Assembly: GCA_013239625.1 (NCBI GenBank)
Contig: MU053754.1
Location: forward strand, 1,051,379 to 1,115,378
Length of the DNA: 64,000 nucleotides
Origin: Lama guanicoe
Taxonomy: Eukaryota
Direction: 5' to 3'
In this document: one piece after another, positions 11,587 through 23,703 of the stretch
Numbering within the stretch: position 1 is the stretch's first letter
How the letters are laid out: every line of letters begins with the position of its first letter
Notes under the pieces: generated by a model
Database searches by the model: none
Told to the model about the DNA's origin: nothing
The model's input: only the letters and a program-made list of their open reading frames with translations
Position numbers and translations under genes: made by a program

Positions 11587-14534
11587 AAGTACCAGCCACT
11601 GCAAAATACACCTTCTGGGGGCAGCAAGTGTCTGAACCCTTTCCCTTGGCCCTGAGCTGGATTTCCCAGGACACTCATCAAGTTGAAAGCTCAGGGCTCC
11701 TCACTCCAAGGCCCTGGAAGATGACATCTTTGCAATGGGTTCACATATAAAATTTGCAAAATTAACATATCTTCATTCATTTTTCTTAACCACATATGGT
11801 TCCGTTCCACACACCTCCCTAGTATGATGACAGGCTTTATTTTTGGCAAAGGGTTGGTCAGGGTAAGTTTACTCTACAGCCCATGACAGCTGCCCGGGGG
11901 ACCCACCACTGCCCCCTCATGGAGACATGTGACGTCCTCCAGAGGATCCAGGGCTGCAGGGTGTCTCCTGGGCACTAAATGGCAGCCTCAGCACGTGCTC
12001 ATGACCTGTCTGCCACCGCACTCTCCCTGTGCCCTTTATGAGAACATCCCCGAAGGCGTCTTGGACGATCAGGAAAAGGCCCATGAGAATCACCCAGTGT
12101 GAAATTGTGTTCTGTTTGTAAAGAGAGAACAGTGTTGTAGGAACTGAGAGAGAACTAGAAGAACTAGAATTGGGGTGAAAAGAACCGCCATCAGAATTTC
12201 AAAAAGCAGACAGCCCACGAGAGAGGGTGGAAGATCTCCTGCCATAACACACAGTCTGGCAGAGGCACAGGCTGCTGACGGCTGTCCCCCTCGGGAGGCT
12301 GTCCTTTCAACCACACTGCCCAGCCCAAGTAACAGGAGAGGTATAGACGGAAGGGGGTGGGGGATCCAATTTGTAGTCACAGAGGGAGGACTGGGTGAAA
12401 CCCATGTGAAAAGGAGTCAAGGCTTAACAGAACTGGTTTATCAATGAAAGACATTTCAAAGCCTTAAAAGGAAAATTACTAATGACCATTGCTAATGAAT
12501 CATTCCACAGATTCTCATGCAAATGTCCTTTGGGTGGCTTTGATCCGCACTGACACCTGAAAGAAAGCATACAGTGTCTCCAGACTGGACAGATGATTGG
12601 GGAGAAATGGCCTGGCCAGGACACAGAGCCCCCTGCCCAACACCCTGGGAACTCTGGGGCCGGCAGCACACGGCTCCCTCCCTGCCCACCCGAGGGGCTC
12701 AGACACGCTCAGAGGTGGCCCTCCACCTCTCAAAACCGCAGAACACATACCCTGCTCCAAAGCACAGGGCCTTCTCATGCCCTCTGTCTTAAAACCAATG
12801 CAAATGCCTCCCAGAACCGTCCAGCACTACCCTGGGCATGAAAAGGACAACAGAGTATGTTGAGGCCTTGAAGAACCGGGGGGGGGGATGTCACATAAAA
12901 TTAGCCAGAGATTGGCCAAGGAACAGAACTGTGGGGTTGCGGGGGGAGAGGGAGATAACTTGGGGGACGTTCAAGATAAATCCTTTTTCAGGACCACATT
13001 CTCAGCCAACAGGTGGCCAAGTATCATCAAATTCATTGTTTTTATCTGAGGGAGAGCAGTTGGTCTGAGGGATGGGCCTCTGATTTGTGGACCACTAAAG
13101 TGGGGGCACTGAAAACCATTTAAAATGATACGAAATCAGGAAACAATTTCCCAGATTGAGAATTCTGCACTGGCTTCCATAAGGTTACACGATAAAACAC
13201 TTCAGAGCGGAAAACGCCTTGCAGAAAACAAGGCAGACTGTGGCCGGATTTATCTATGGGAAATAAACTCCTGCCTAACTGACATTCAGCCTTCACTGAA
13301 ATCTCAGTTACTTCCCAAAAGTTTCCATCATAACTAGTGAGCAAAGGGGTCACAGGTCCAGTCCCAGGTTGTGGTTTCCCTGGGGCACATGCACTCCGGA
13401 CAGCAGCCCAAGAGAATGCGGAGGCCACCAGCAACAGCGTGGTGTCCATTTCATCCTTGGTTTTTGTTTTTAGGAGTCATTGAAAATGATACACATATTC
13501 ATAAAAAAACAGAAAAATGACCTACACTGGAAGTTAGTGAGAAAAAAATCAAGAGGAATTGAGGACATGAAGTGGAATCAATCAAGTGTCTGATGCCAAA
13601 TCACACCCTTCAGAGGCCTGAAGACTCACTGACCGGAGGCCGCAACTATTGGTGCCGGCTTCTCACGACCCAGCAAGACAAGAAGGACCTGGTCAGTCCA
13701 CGTGGTCCAGGTATGCGCAGGTTAAAAGCGAGGAATTGGGCTGGGGGGACTCCCGATACAAAGACTACGGAGAATGTTCTTCCGAAGGTCAGAAATAGCA
13801 CATTCTAATAACGGCACATTTTCCAGAGTATGTTCCTGGCAGCAAGGCGGAGGGGTTCAGACGGCCCTTTCTCATAACTTGTTTCACTTCAGGGAGCATC
13901 TCTGTGGAGCAAAGTCGCTGCCCTCAGTTCTGCAGGGTCCGGCCAGCTGTGTGAGCACAGCCCGTCCTCTGTCCGCTGCATTAAGCCGGTCTTGGTTCCA
14001 TTTAATTCACGACACTCACACGGAGATCTGTTTCTTTCGTACTCAGTTTTGTCATGTGCTCACCTCTTCCCTGAACGTGTTTTAGATTTGGTGACTTTGA
14101 GGAGGGAGAGGGAAGACAACGAGCTCATCTTACAGCCATGTGTGAGCAGGTCTACGTAACCCAATGTCATGTTGCAGGGATGCTCTCCCAGGTGGAAAAG
14201 AAGAGCCCAGATGGTGAACGCTGGGTCTCCACCCCAGGAGGTGCCGTCATCTCTCCATCCTCAGAGTCATCCTTGACATCTTGCTTTCTCCCACGTCCCA
14301 ATTTCAATCCATTAGCAGGTTTTGGCAGCTCCACCTTCAAAGTCCTTCCCATGCAGCTACATTCTCTCCCTCCCTTCCTCCAGACTGCTGCTCACGTGTG
14401 CAGATACGGAAGGATTTTTGCAGGGATTTTCACAAAATAAACACTCCTTCCCCAAATCGCATCTTCCCCTCTACTTGGCTTCAGTTTTTCCCTTGCTCTC
14501 TTCGCCAAGCACAGTATTTAAATTTACATTTTGT

Positions 14535-14826
14535 CACAGACACAGAAAACAAACTTGTGGTTACCAGGGGGTTACAAGGTGGGTGGAAGGATAAATTAGG
14601 AGTTTGAGATTTGCAGATATGAAGTACTATATATAAAATAGATAAAGAACAAGTTTATACTGTACAGCACAGGGAGCTGTATTCACTATCTTGTAGTAAC
14701 CTATAATGAAAAAGAATATGAAAAGGAATGTATGTGTGTCTATGTATGACTGACACATGATGTACACCAGAAATTGACACAACACTGTAAATTGACTATA
14801 CTTCAATTAAAAAAATACAAAAAAAA
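14535..14826 (+). mobile_element. L1 3' UTR fragment (camelid type)
   Basis: GAAAACAAACTTGTGGTTACC...GTACACCAGAAATTGACAC...CTATACTTCAAT plus A-tail. Confidence 0.85.
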
Positions 14827-14998
14827 GATAAGCAAGGTCCTACTTTAGACCACAGGGAACAATATTCAATACCTTCTAATACCCTATAATGAAAAGGAAT
14901 TTGAAAAGGAATTACATGTATGTGTAACTGAACCACTATGTTGTACACCAGAAGTTAACACAACACTGTAGGCCAACTGTAATTCAGTAAAATAAATA
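14827..14998 (+). mobile_element. Second L1 3' UTR fragment abutting the previous one
   Basis: GCAAGGTCCTACT...CACAGGGAAC...GTACACCAGAAGTTAACACAAC...AGTAAAATAAA. Confidence 0.8.
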
Positions 14999-15002
14999 CA
15001 CA

Positions 15003-15055
15003 TCTTGTGTTTCTTGTTTGTCCTCTTCTGTTTCTTGTGTTTCTTGTTTGTCCTC
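15003..15055. repeat. Tandem duplication, 30-bp period
   Basis: TCTTGTGTTTCTTGTTTGTCCTC at 15003-15025 and 15033-15055. Confidence 0.85.
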
Positions 15056-16033
15056 CGCCAAAGAAGGTCCTCTATGAGGACTTCTCATCAGCATCCCAGA
15101 GTTCCTGACAGTCTGTGGCACGTAGCAGCATTCAGTAAACTTCAGAGTCCGAGTGAGGATGAGCCGCCATAACCCAGGGCTGCAGACCAGACGTGACGTC
15201 TCTGCTTTCCAGCTGAACTGCACTGAGCACCAAGCATGCGGCCAGGTGCCGAGGATTCAGTGGGGACCAAAATAGACCTGCCTGTAGCTTCCAGGGGGGC
15301 GTTTCAGTCTTTCCTTGGCAATGACCCTGACTGGGATGAAATTTATGCCTCAGCGTTTCAGCGTCAGCCTCAGACCCTGTCTCTGCCCCAGCTTTCAGGG
15401 CCAAGCCTCCCAGCCCCAGGGCCAGAGCTGACACCTCCTTTCCCAGCCCCTGCCCCTCTGAAGCTGGACCCAGTGTCCTGTCCCCATTGGTCTGCATAAG
15501 GAGGGCAGTCTGCTGGGACTGGACTTGAGTACTAGTGCTTGGATATTTACAAAAAGCATTCCAAAAAAAGAAATACAAACCCCCTCCCCCCCAAACAGAA
15601 ATCTGGGCTCTGCTGGTAGGAAATACAACACCTTTTAAGAAAAAATAAACTATAGTCTTGATGAAGGTCTATCTCTACTTACTCTACTTGCCCCAAAGCA
15701 ACAAAATACATTTCTGATCTTTTGCTAAAAATTCACCATGATGGGGACTTAAAAAAAATACACAGTTTTCAGCAAAACAAGATTTTACATTCCTTGATTC
15801 TTGGTTTTTAATCTCCACTTAATTCACCAAGTGTAGGAACGGTTGCAAATTCTGAAGAATTCAACATTAAAAATTAACTTACGTCCAAGAGCAAAACGCA
15901 GCCCCGGCCTGCTGTGTGGTCTCTCTCCCATGACTACAGCTCTGACTGCGTGGGCGGTGACGTGACTGACCTATCTGTTTACCCCTCTAGAATCACCCAT
16001 AATAATCTCCTTAAAGCAGGGGCTGTGTGTCAT

Positions 16034-16333
16034 CCAGGGTTTGGCAAGCTAAGGCCGCTGGAGGCCAGACCAGCCTGACACCTGTTTTTGGACAGCCCAC
16101 AATCGAGCCACAATGTTTACCTTCCAAATGGTTGGGGGGAAAAAAAATCAAAAGAGGAGTGAGATATTCACAGCATGTGACAATCATATGAAAATCAAAT
16201 GTCAGTGTCCAAAACCAAGGTTTCATTGGCACAAACATCCATTCATTTACATACTGTCTACACTCGGTCCCACTCCCACAAAGTTCCAAATCCTTGTTAT
16301 CTGGCCCTTTACAGAAAACTCGCCAACCCCTGT
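16034..16333. mobile_element. MER58B-like hAT MITE
   Basis: CAGGGTTTGGCAAG ... TATCTGGCCCTTTACAGAAAACTCGCCAACCCCTG, with hAT-type terminal inverted repeats. Confidence 0.8.
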
Positions 16334-16412
16334 TCTAATTTATAACTCCTCCCCGCAATACAGCAGGGACCAGGAACACAGCAGCGCTCCTCAAATCTGT
16401 ATGAATGTGAAG

Positions 16413-16631
16413 TATACTAACTACTACATGTAAGACAGATAAACAAGTTTCTACTGTACAGCACAGGGAACTACATTCAGTGTCTTGTAGTGACCTACAA
16501 TGGAAAAGAATATGAAAAGGAATCTATATATGTGTATGTATGACTGAAACATGATGCTGCGCACCAGAAACTGACACACTGTAAACTGACTATACCTCAA
16601 TAAAAAAATTAAATTAAAAAAAATTTAAAAA
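16413..16631 (+). mobile_element. L1 3' UTR fragment (camelid type)
   Basis: CTGTACAGCACAGGGAACTACATTCA...CACCAGAAACTGACACACTGTAAACTGACTATACCTCAATAAAA plus A-tail. Confidence 0.85.
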
Positions 16632-16636
16632 CTTAG

Positions 16637-17066
16637 TGCTATCTGCAACAACGTACATGGACCCAGAGACTGTCATTCTAAGTCAAGGAAGCCAGAAAGA
16701 GAAAGAAAAATATCGTATGAGATCACTCATATGTGGAATCTAAAAAGAGAAAAAAGAAGACATTAATGAACTCACCTACAAAACAGACTTGAAGGCATAG
16801 TAAACAATCTTATGGTTACTGAGGGAAGGGACTAGGAAAGGATAAATTTGGGAGTTTGTGATTTGCAAATATTAACTACTATATGTAAAAATAGATAAAA
16901 ACAAATCTCTTCTGTGTAGCACAGGGGAGTATATTCAGTATCATACAATAACCTTTTATGAAAATGAATATATGTACGTATATGCATGACTGGGACATTG
17001 TCCTGTACACCAGAAATTGACACACTGTAACTGACTATGCTTCAATAAAAATAAATACAAAAAACA
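16637..17066 (+). mobile_element. L1 3' fragment (camelid type) directly behind the A-tail of the previous L1
   Basis: GCAACAACGTACATGGACC...CACTCATATGTGGAATCTAAAA...GTACACCAGAAATTGACACACTGTAACTGAC...CAATAAAA. Confidence 0.85.
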
Positions 17067-18284
17067 ACCCTTACAGCTAAGTTAGTGATAATCAAAAACA
17101 TAAAAACAAAAATAAAATGAACTGAAATTGTCAGCAGAATTCTGACCTCTGGAAAGAAACTGAGCCCTCAAAATTGTTTTCCTTTATCTCATAAAGGACT
17201 TCCACTAGCATCAGCAAAACAGGGCTCTGGCGGCTACAAGGCACGTTTATCTCCCATAGGAAGTCCACAGACAGGGTGAAGCAGAGAGGGTGGCTTTATC
17301 TGATGGGATGTCACTCAGCCCAATCCCCCGACATCGGTGGAGCAAGCGGAACTGTGAAACAGCCCCTTTGATTCCCAGGATCTTAGAATCAACAGCCAGC
17401 CCTGCTATCGGAGACGTCAGCACACACCTTGCCAAGAGCAGCACTTGGTAGATACCAGTTGAGGTGAGGAAAATACCAGTTGCGTCTCTGCAAAGGCGTC
17501 AAGTTGGGAGAAAATCCCTCCTTACGTTCCAGCAAGGCTGGTCCTGTCCCCGGTCTATTCGGGGTCCAGCAGTGCTGGTCAAGAACACACGCTGAGTAGC
17601 AGTACGATGCCTTGCTGTGAAACGCCACAGGAACTTGGCAAGTCATGTAGCCGTCCCCTGCCTCAGTGTTCTCATCAACATAATGGGGACAAGACTACAC
17701 TTCCAAGTCCTGCCCACTGACACTGGCGGCACTCACTCTCCCTGGTTACCCTTCACAATGACTCTGCCATGCCCTGTTCACCCAGCTGCCCGAATTTCAG
17801 TGCCCTAGACCTTTGGAACAGCCTTCAGATCCCTCCATCTCCTGGACCGCTCCCCCACACAGGCGGCTAAGCTTTCCTACCCAGGTTCCCGCGAGCACCC
17901 TCTGGGTACACCCCTCTTCTGCTCCCGTTGCTCAGGTAAAAGGCATGCACCAGAACGCTGCAGAAAACAATGAGATACAGATACCTTAACCCACACTGTA
18001 TTATATTAGTCCTGCTGAGGACACAAACTGTGCCTCGAGCTTCAGATGCAGGTGTGCCCTAGAAGAGGGGAGAGTATCTCACAGTCAGTCAGTCCTCACT
18101 CTACCTTTATCAAAAGAAAGAGAACTTCAGTGGCCCCGAGAGTGATCCACACCAGGAGAGGCCAGGAGGCTGAAGAGGAGGCAGAGGAGACAAGAGAAAT
18201 ACCATAGTGCCTGTGAAGACAGTTTTAAATAGTACGCCGTAGGTTAGAGAAGTAGACACACGAGCCAGGTGAGAAGCTGTAAGA

Positions 18285-18628
18285 TGTATTATTGGTTTGC
18301 TAGGGCTGTCCTAATACCTCCCACACCCTGGGGGCGGCTAAACCACAGAAACCTATTGTCTCCCAGTCCTGGGGGCTGGAAGTTTGAGATCAGGGTGTCT
18401 ATACAGCTGGTTTCTCCCAAGCTCTCTGCCCTTGTGTAGACAGCCGTCTCCTCCCTGTGTCCTCATGTGGTCGTCCCTCCTGCACGTCTGTGTCCTAATC
18501 TCTACCAAAAAGGACACCTATCCTGTTGGATTAGGACCCACACTACTCACTTCCTTTCACCTCAATTTCCTCTTTAAAAACCACATTCCCGGATAAAGTC
18601 CCAAGGAGACATGATTCAGCCCAGAACA
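18285..18628 (-). mobile_element. MLT1 (MaLR) solo LTR, MLT1A/B-like
   Basis: TGTATT...GCTAGGGCTG...GGCTGGAAGTTTGAGATCAGGGTG...GGATTAGGACCCAC...ATTCAGCCCAGAACA. Confidence 0.8.
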
Positions 18629-20575
18629 GGAGACTTTTTGGAATTCTACTGCTTGTTTGATTTTTATAAGGGATTGGCTCCAACCACAGTCCAATATCAG
18701 GCACTAGCCAAGAGTGACGGCCACTTTAATCAAACAGTAAAAAGCCAGCACTGGTGTGCTGCCCGGGGGGGTCCCGTGTCCCTGATGGCGAGGGACTGCC
18801 CAGTGTCAGACACGATGGGCCATCCCCAACTCAGCTTCGCTGCCTCAGAGAGGAGACCAGAGAAACAGCACATCCAGCCCCCAACCTGCCCTTCTGCAAC
18901 CGTCCGGCTCTGATTTTCCTTGACAAAGGAAGTACAAATTCATGAGTCCACACTGACAATACAAACACAAATTTGAAGATAAAGCTCTTCCTTAATTAAA
19001 AAAATGCAAATGAATACATGCTGCAGGAAACAGGGAGCTGGTGGCTCCCACAGCTGGCTCTGGATGAGCTGTGCTGGCGATGTGAGCTGCTGGTCCCTGA
19101 CCCACGGCACCTCAACCACCAGAACAAGGTTCCACTGGTTCCTACTCCCAGAAAAATCACGGGAAGCAAATGCCGCCCAATGTTCAGGTTTGAGTCGTGG
19201 AACCATGGGTGTCACTTTCCTCCTCATTTCCATTCTCTGTGTGTTTTTGAGGAAGTGTGTATTGCCTTCATCACAGAAGAGGAATTCTTTCAAGACTAAA
19301 ATTTGTATTACAGTACCTGGAAAACTCAGGTTACAGAACAAACCTAAGAGCCTGAGGCGGGGAGGACTGGAAGTCAGAACGAGGCCTCAGGTCGGGGGTG
19401 TGGGGAGACGGTACCCGCCCAGGAGGGGCCTTCACCCTTGGTTCCAAGTCCGTGGTGAGAGGAAGCAGTGCTTTTTGGTACTCTGCGTGCATTAACACAA
19501 TTACTGAAGCCTAAAATGTCAAATTTTTTCCTTCTTAAAACTACTCAATAAGGATGTGGATATTTTAGGTGCTGAAATGTTGGGACCCACTTGAGGTAAA
19601 CATTTTTAGAAATTCTCGTCTTGGAGAAGTTACTATATGGAAAAATAAAATGGCCATTTAATTTGACCTTCAAAATATTATAGCAGGTAATGGTGGCAAC
19701 ATTTACTGGGCTCATGCGGCAAAGTGAACGACTTTGATGATATTCTTTAAAACTGAAAATACTGACATTCCGTCAGTCCAACTCATAGAAAAGAAAGAAG
19801 AGAAAAAGGTCATAGCTTTCAAGTTTATTGTATAATCTCTGATATGTAAGTACCAGCATGAGGAATTCCCTTGTTCATTTTTTCACAAATTTGCAAGACT
19901 GACAGGTACAGGACCCAGTGTTTATTTTTCACTATTAACAATTCAGGGATCCCCAAACCAGCCTTAGGTTGTTTTTTCCTATATGGTAGATGCTGCAACA
20001 AAAACTTAAACAACGCTGCTACTGTGACGTGACGGAAAATTTACACACACATGCACACAAAACGGAGTCCAAAAATTTGCAAACTTGTGATGTTTTCTAG
20101 TTTTAACTTTTAACATGTTGATGTATCATGACAGCTGGTTACAGAGGGACTGAAGGATTGAGGAATTTAGGAGGCATGATATAGTGTCTATGACACGGTG
20201 TGAACCTTGAGAGGAAACAGTCTACACTCTGCAGGGCCCAAGAAGTACCAACAGACAAGCCGGTTTTGTACTGAGTGAAACAATGGCGTCTCTCCAAGAC
20301 GTGCAGATTCACATGGCTCCTGATAAGTGCCCTTGAACGCTATGTTTCCTCTTAGTCTCCGGACTTCTTGATAACTCGAAAATTCGACTCTCACTGGCTC
20401 CGTTCACCTTATGAGCCCTGGGATGAGGGCCAGAGGTGCCCAACAGCTGACAGTATCACCCACGCCACAGTCCACCCTCCCACTCCCCGCCCCAAACAAG
20501 CAGCCGGGTGCCAACACTCGGTAAGAACTGCCTGGGAGAGCGATATCCTGCTCCAGGCCAGTCAGAAAGAACAGA

Positions 20576-20858
20576 GAATAATTACTGTAAATGTCAATGG
20601 GCTAAATGCACCAATCAAAAGACACAGAGTGGCAGACTGGACAATAAAACAGAAGTCTACAATGTGTTGCCTACGAGAGACCCACTTTGGAGTAAAGGAC
20701 ACATATAGATTGAAAGTGAGAGGATGGGAAAGATATTTCATGCAAATGGAAATGACAAGAAAGCAGAATTGGAAAATAGTCATATCAGACAAAATAGACT
20801 TTAAAACAAGGGCCATAAAGAGAGAGAAAGGAGGACACTATAAAATGATCAAAGGATG
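20576..20858 (+). mobile_element. Isolated internal L1 ORF2 fragment (N-terminal endonuclease domain)
   Basis: Translates as IITVNVNGLNAPIKRHRVADW...CCLRETHF...DTYRLKVRGW...ISDKIDFK...GHYKMIKG, the L1 ORF2p APE-endonuclease N-terminus. Confidence 0.9.
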
Positions 20859-21209
20859 AGAAAAGAACAGAAATCTCAGCCATCACCCGCGGCCTTGGGC
20901 TGGAAAGCACAGAATTCCAAGGAAATTATACACTCCATCCAGTCTTTCACCCCGCCCTGCCCCCTCAGACGTGCAGAGTCACTGAAATTTTCCCTCAAAC
21001 TTTAAGCATGTATCAAACAAAATTCACATCTAAACTGAAGAGAAAAAAGCAGTTTATGCTTGCTTTATAAAAGATTCAAGCCTTCCTGTCCTGCACAAGT
21101 GACATTCTCTCATTTCACACAAGTTTTAGAACTTCATCTTTAATCTTAGGGGAAGAACCCGGGAGAGCCTCTCATCACAACACTTTACCTCTCAAACAGC
21201 AAGTCTCAG

Positions 21210-21446
21210 GGAAGGGGACGGGTGACGGTGGGCCCAGGGGACATGCTTCCCGCTCTAGGAGGAATCGCTCCGTGGACCTAACACAGCGCAGGGGCTGCAG
21301 TTGACAGTGCTGTCCTGTGCCCTAGACAGTGGCTAACAGAACAGATCTTAAATGTTCTCACCTCCACCCTTAAAAGGTAAAAAGCATGTCAGGCAGTGGT
21401 CATGTGAAGTCACCTGACTGTGGTCGTCATTCCTCAACAGACACAC
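21210..21446 (+). mobile_element. Degenerate L1MA-like 3' UTR fragment
   Basis: GCTAACAGAACAGATCTTAAATGTTCTCACC...GACTGTGGTCGTCATT resembles the L1MA 3' end. Confidence 0.6.
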
Positions 21447-22284
21447 TCCATGAGGGCAGACTCTGTATCTATATACAGAGCACCCGGCACAGGATTATGT
21501 GCCCAACTGAGCATTCTTCAATGAAGGCATGAATAAATGAATGAATGAACGAACCCTTTTAAAGTAACCATGAGAATTCGTTAGATGTCAGAAATCATTC
21601 GTTGACTTAAGTATTTACCACCCTCCACACATTGTGTCACAGGAAGGGGAAAAGTCCTTCTCATAATATTTAGTATTTGTCATGCATCACATGATATCAA
21701 GGGAGATACGTTCTACCTATGAGAGAACGTCAGTTCCAGAAGAGAGAGGTTAAATACTCCATTCTGACTAGTATTTCTATTTTTTTTCATTTGATGCATA
21801 TAATAAAAGGTCAAATAATTTACTTCAAGGAAAGATGCTTTCATCTCTAAGATGGAAAATTGCTTAATTTAAATATTTGACATTCGAATATATTTCTTTC
21901 TAGAAAAGTGGGTCAAAGCATGTAAAAATCAGATAAGAGGGTATTTGTAGAAAGGTGCAAATTACATTTCCTTTCCGCTTGTTACGGAGGGACACAGTGC
22001 TAAATTAATCTTCGTAATTGTAATTTCCTGCTGATTTCAAAAGACAGGAAAAAAGAACACAGCCATAAAGCCTCAGTGCTGCGCAGGGATATAAACCTGA
22101 CCAAATGCCCAGACCCGCTGTGAGTCATCCATGTTATCAGGACTTAGGAAATACTTTTGCACACTTATAAAAACCAACTTTATGTCAAATAAAGCAACAT
22201 TTATATACATTTTATATTATGATGATACACATTATGTGTATATATATCATGTGCATTTAAAAGACCACTCGAAAAATCCAGTGA

Positions 22285-22366
22285 TGGGGGGGTGGGGAGG
22301 GTATAGCTCAGAGGTACAGTGCATGCTTATTATGCACGAGGTCCTCCATGAAAAAAGCGCATTTCA
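22285..22366 (+). mobile_element. tRNA-derived camelid SINE (Vic-1-like), internally deleted
   Basis: GGGGAGGGTATAGCTCAGAGGTA (A box)...GCACGAGGTCCT; TSD AAAAAT(C/G)CAGTGA at 22272-22284 and 22367-22379. Confidence 0.8.
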
Positions 22367-23445
22367 AAAAATGCAGTGACAAATTAATTTTCTTAAATTG
22401 CATTAAAAAAAATCACTTCCTCAGAGAAATGAGACATAGACACATACACACAGAGAAAGAATTAAAAACTTGGACCCAGCCCGTCACACCAAAGAGAGTT
22501 CGGAAACCTACTTGCACACCAGGGAATGCCAGGTTCTCAGTGGCCTGGGGGACATACATGTAATGCACCTGCTGCCCATGTCCTAAGATGTGCATACAAA
22601 TTCCAAATCCCTCAGCACAGGTCCCCGTGATTGGTCTACTCAGGCTTGGCTTGAAGCAGTGGGAAGTCGACCCACTCCAGAGCGCTCCCAGTCAAGGGAC
22701 CGGAGGTCGGTTTTATGATCTCTGCCGGGGCCAGCGGTGCACTGCTCCCAGCGTGCGAGCCAGCCGTTCACTGCTAACAAGCTCTGCTGCACTGAGTCAG
22801 CCAGGCGTGCCGGGCAGAGGGGCTGACGCCTGTCCCCTGCACGAGAGCTGAGAGACAGCTGCCCTCTCCCTAAACCGGCCCGTGAAGGGGCCAACCCGTC
22901 TGGTAATTCATCAACTGGGGTCTTCACCTTGAACACTAGTCAAATCCTGACTGTGAGAGGAAAACTCATCACCTGAGGGTGGCTGACTTCACGGAGCAGG
23001 ACAGCATAACGGACCTCAGTAACATGCATATTCTTTCAAGAAGCAAAAGACAAGAGTGAAGACGCATTTTCTTAACTGCTCTAGGGGACCTGAAAATAAA
23101 ATCTACTAAAATAACAGAACCAACAAAGAAGTCAGAACTGTATCTAGGTACGTATTAGCCATATAAGTAAATAAACATTACTTACTATGGAGTATCGATG
23201 CAATATTCAACTTCACTATACACATTATGGTACAAAACAGATACGTCCACCTGTTTCAAAACTGAAATTGTTTGTTACTTCAAATGTCTTTTAACATAAA
23301 AACACGAAGGTGATGTGACATGATTTTAACACAAAACCCCTATCTTCACATTGTTACTGTGCGACCCCCATCAATTCACCTTTTCGTATTAGTTTGTTAA
23401 ATGCTACTTAATGCTTTGCGCACTAACTACCACTAATCTAATGTA

Positions 23446-23703
23446 TTTTTTTTTTACGGAAGTAGAGCTAATTTGCAATGTTAGTTTCAGGTGTACAGCA
23501 AAGCTATTCAGTTGTACATATACATATTTCACATATGTTCAAAATATGTAAAATTTTGAATATAGTTCCCTGTGCTGTACAGCAGGTCCTTGTGTATCTG
23601 CCTTATACACAGTGGTGTCTCTGTTAATCCCACACTCCTTATCTGTCCCTCTTGCTCTTTCCCCCCTGGTAACCACACTTTGTTCTTTAAGTCTGTGAGT
23701 CTG
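23446..23703 (-). mobile_element. L1 3' UTR fragment
   Basis: T-tract, TTAGTTTCAGGTGTACAGC, TATAGTTCCCTGTGCTGTACAGCAGGTCCTTG, GGTAACCA; degenerate TSD TCTRATRTATTTTT. Confidence 0.85.

Noticed and set aside
15063..15091. CTGATGA followed by a hairpin on the minus strand (hammerhead-like)
   Set aside because: The required GAAA after stem II is absent.
20368..20859. 163-aa ORF as a protein-coding gene
   Set aside because: The C-terminal half is an L1 ORF2 endonuclease fragment with a locally frameshifted stretch; the N-terminal half is flanking non-coding sequence with a non-ATG start.
22294..22345. tRNA-like sequences here and at 38696 and 52765
   Set aside because: They have SINE bodies, A-rich tails and (for two of them) clear TSDs, and do not form complete cloverleaves.
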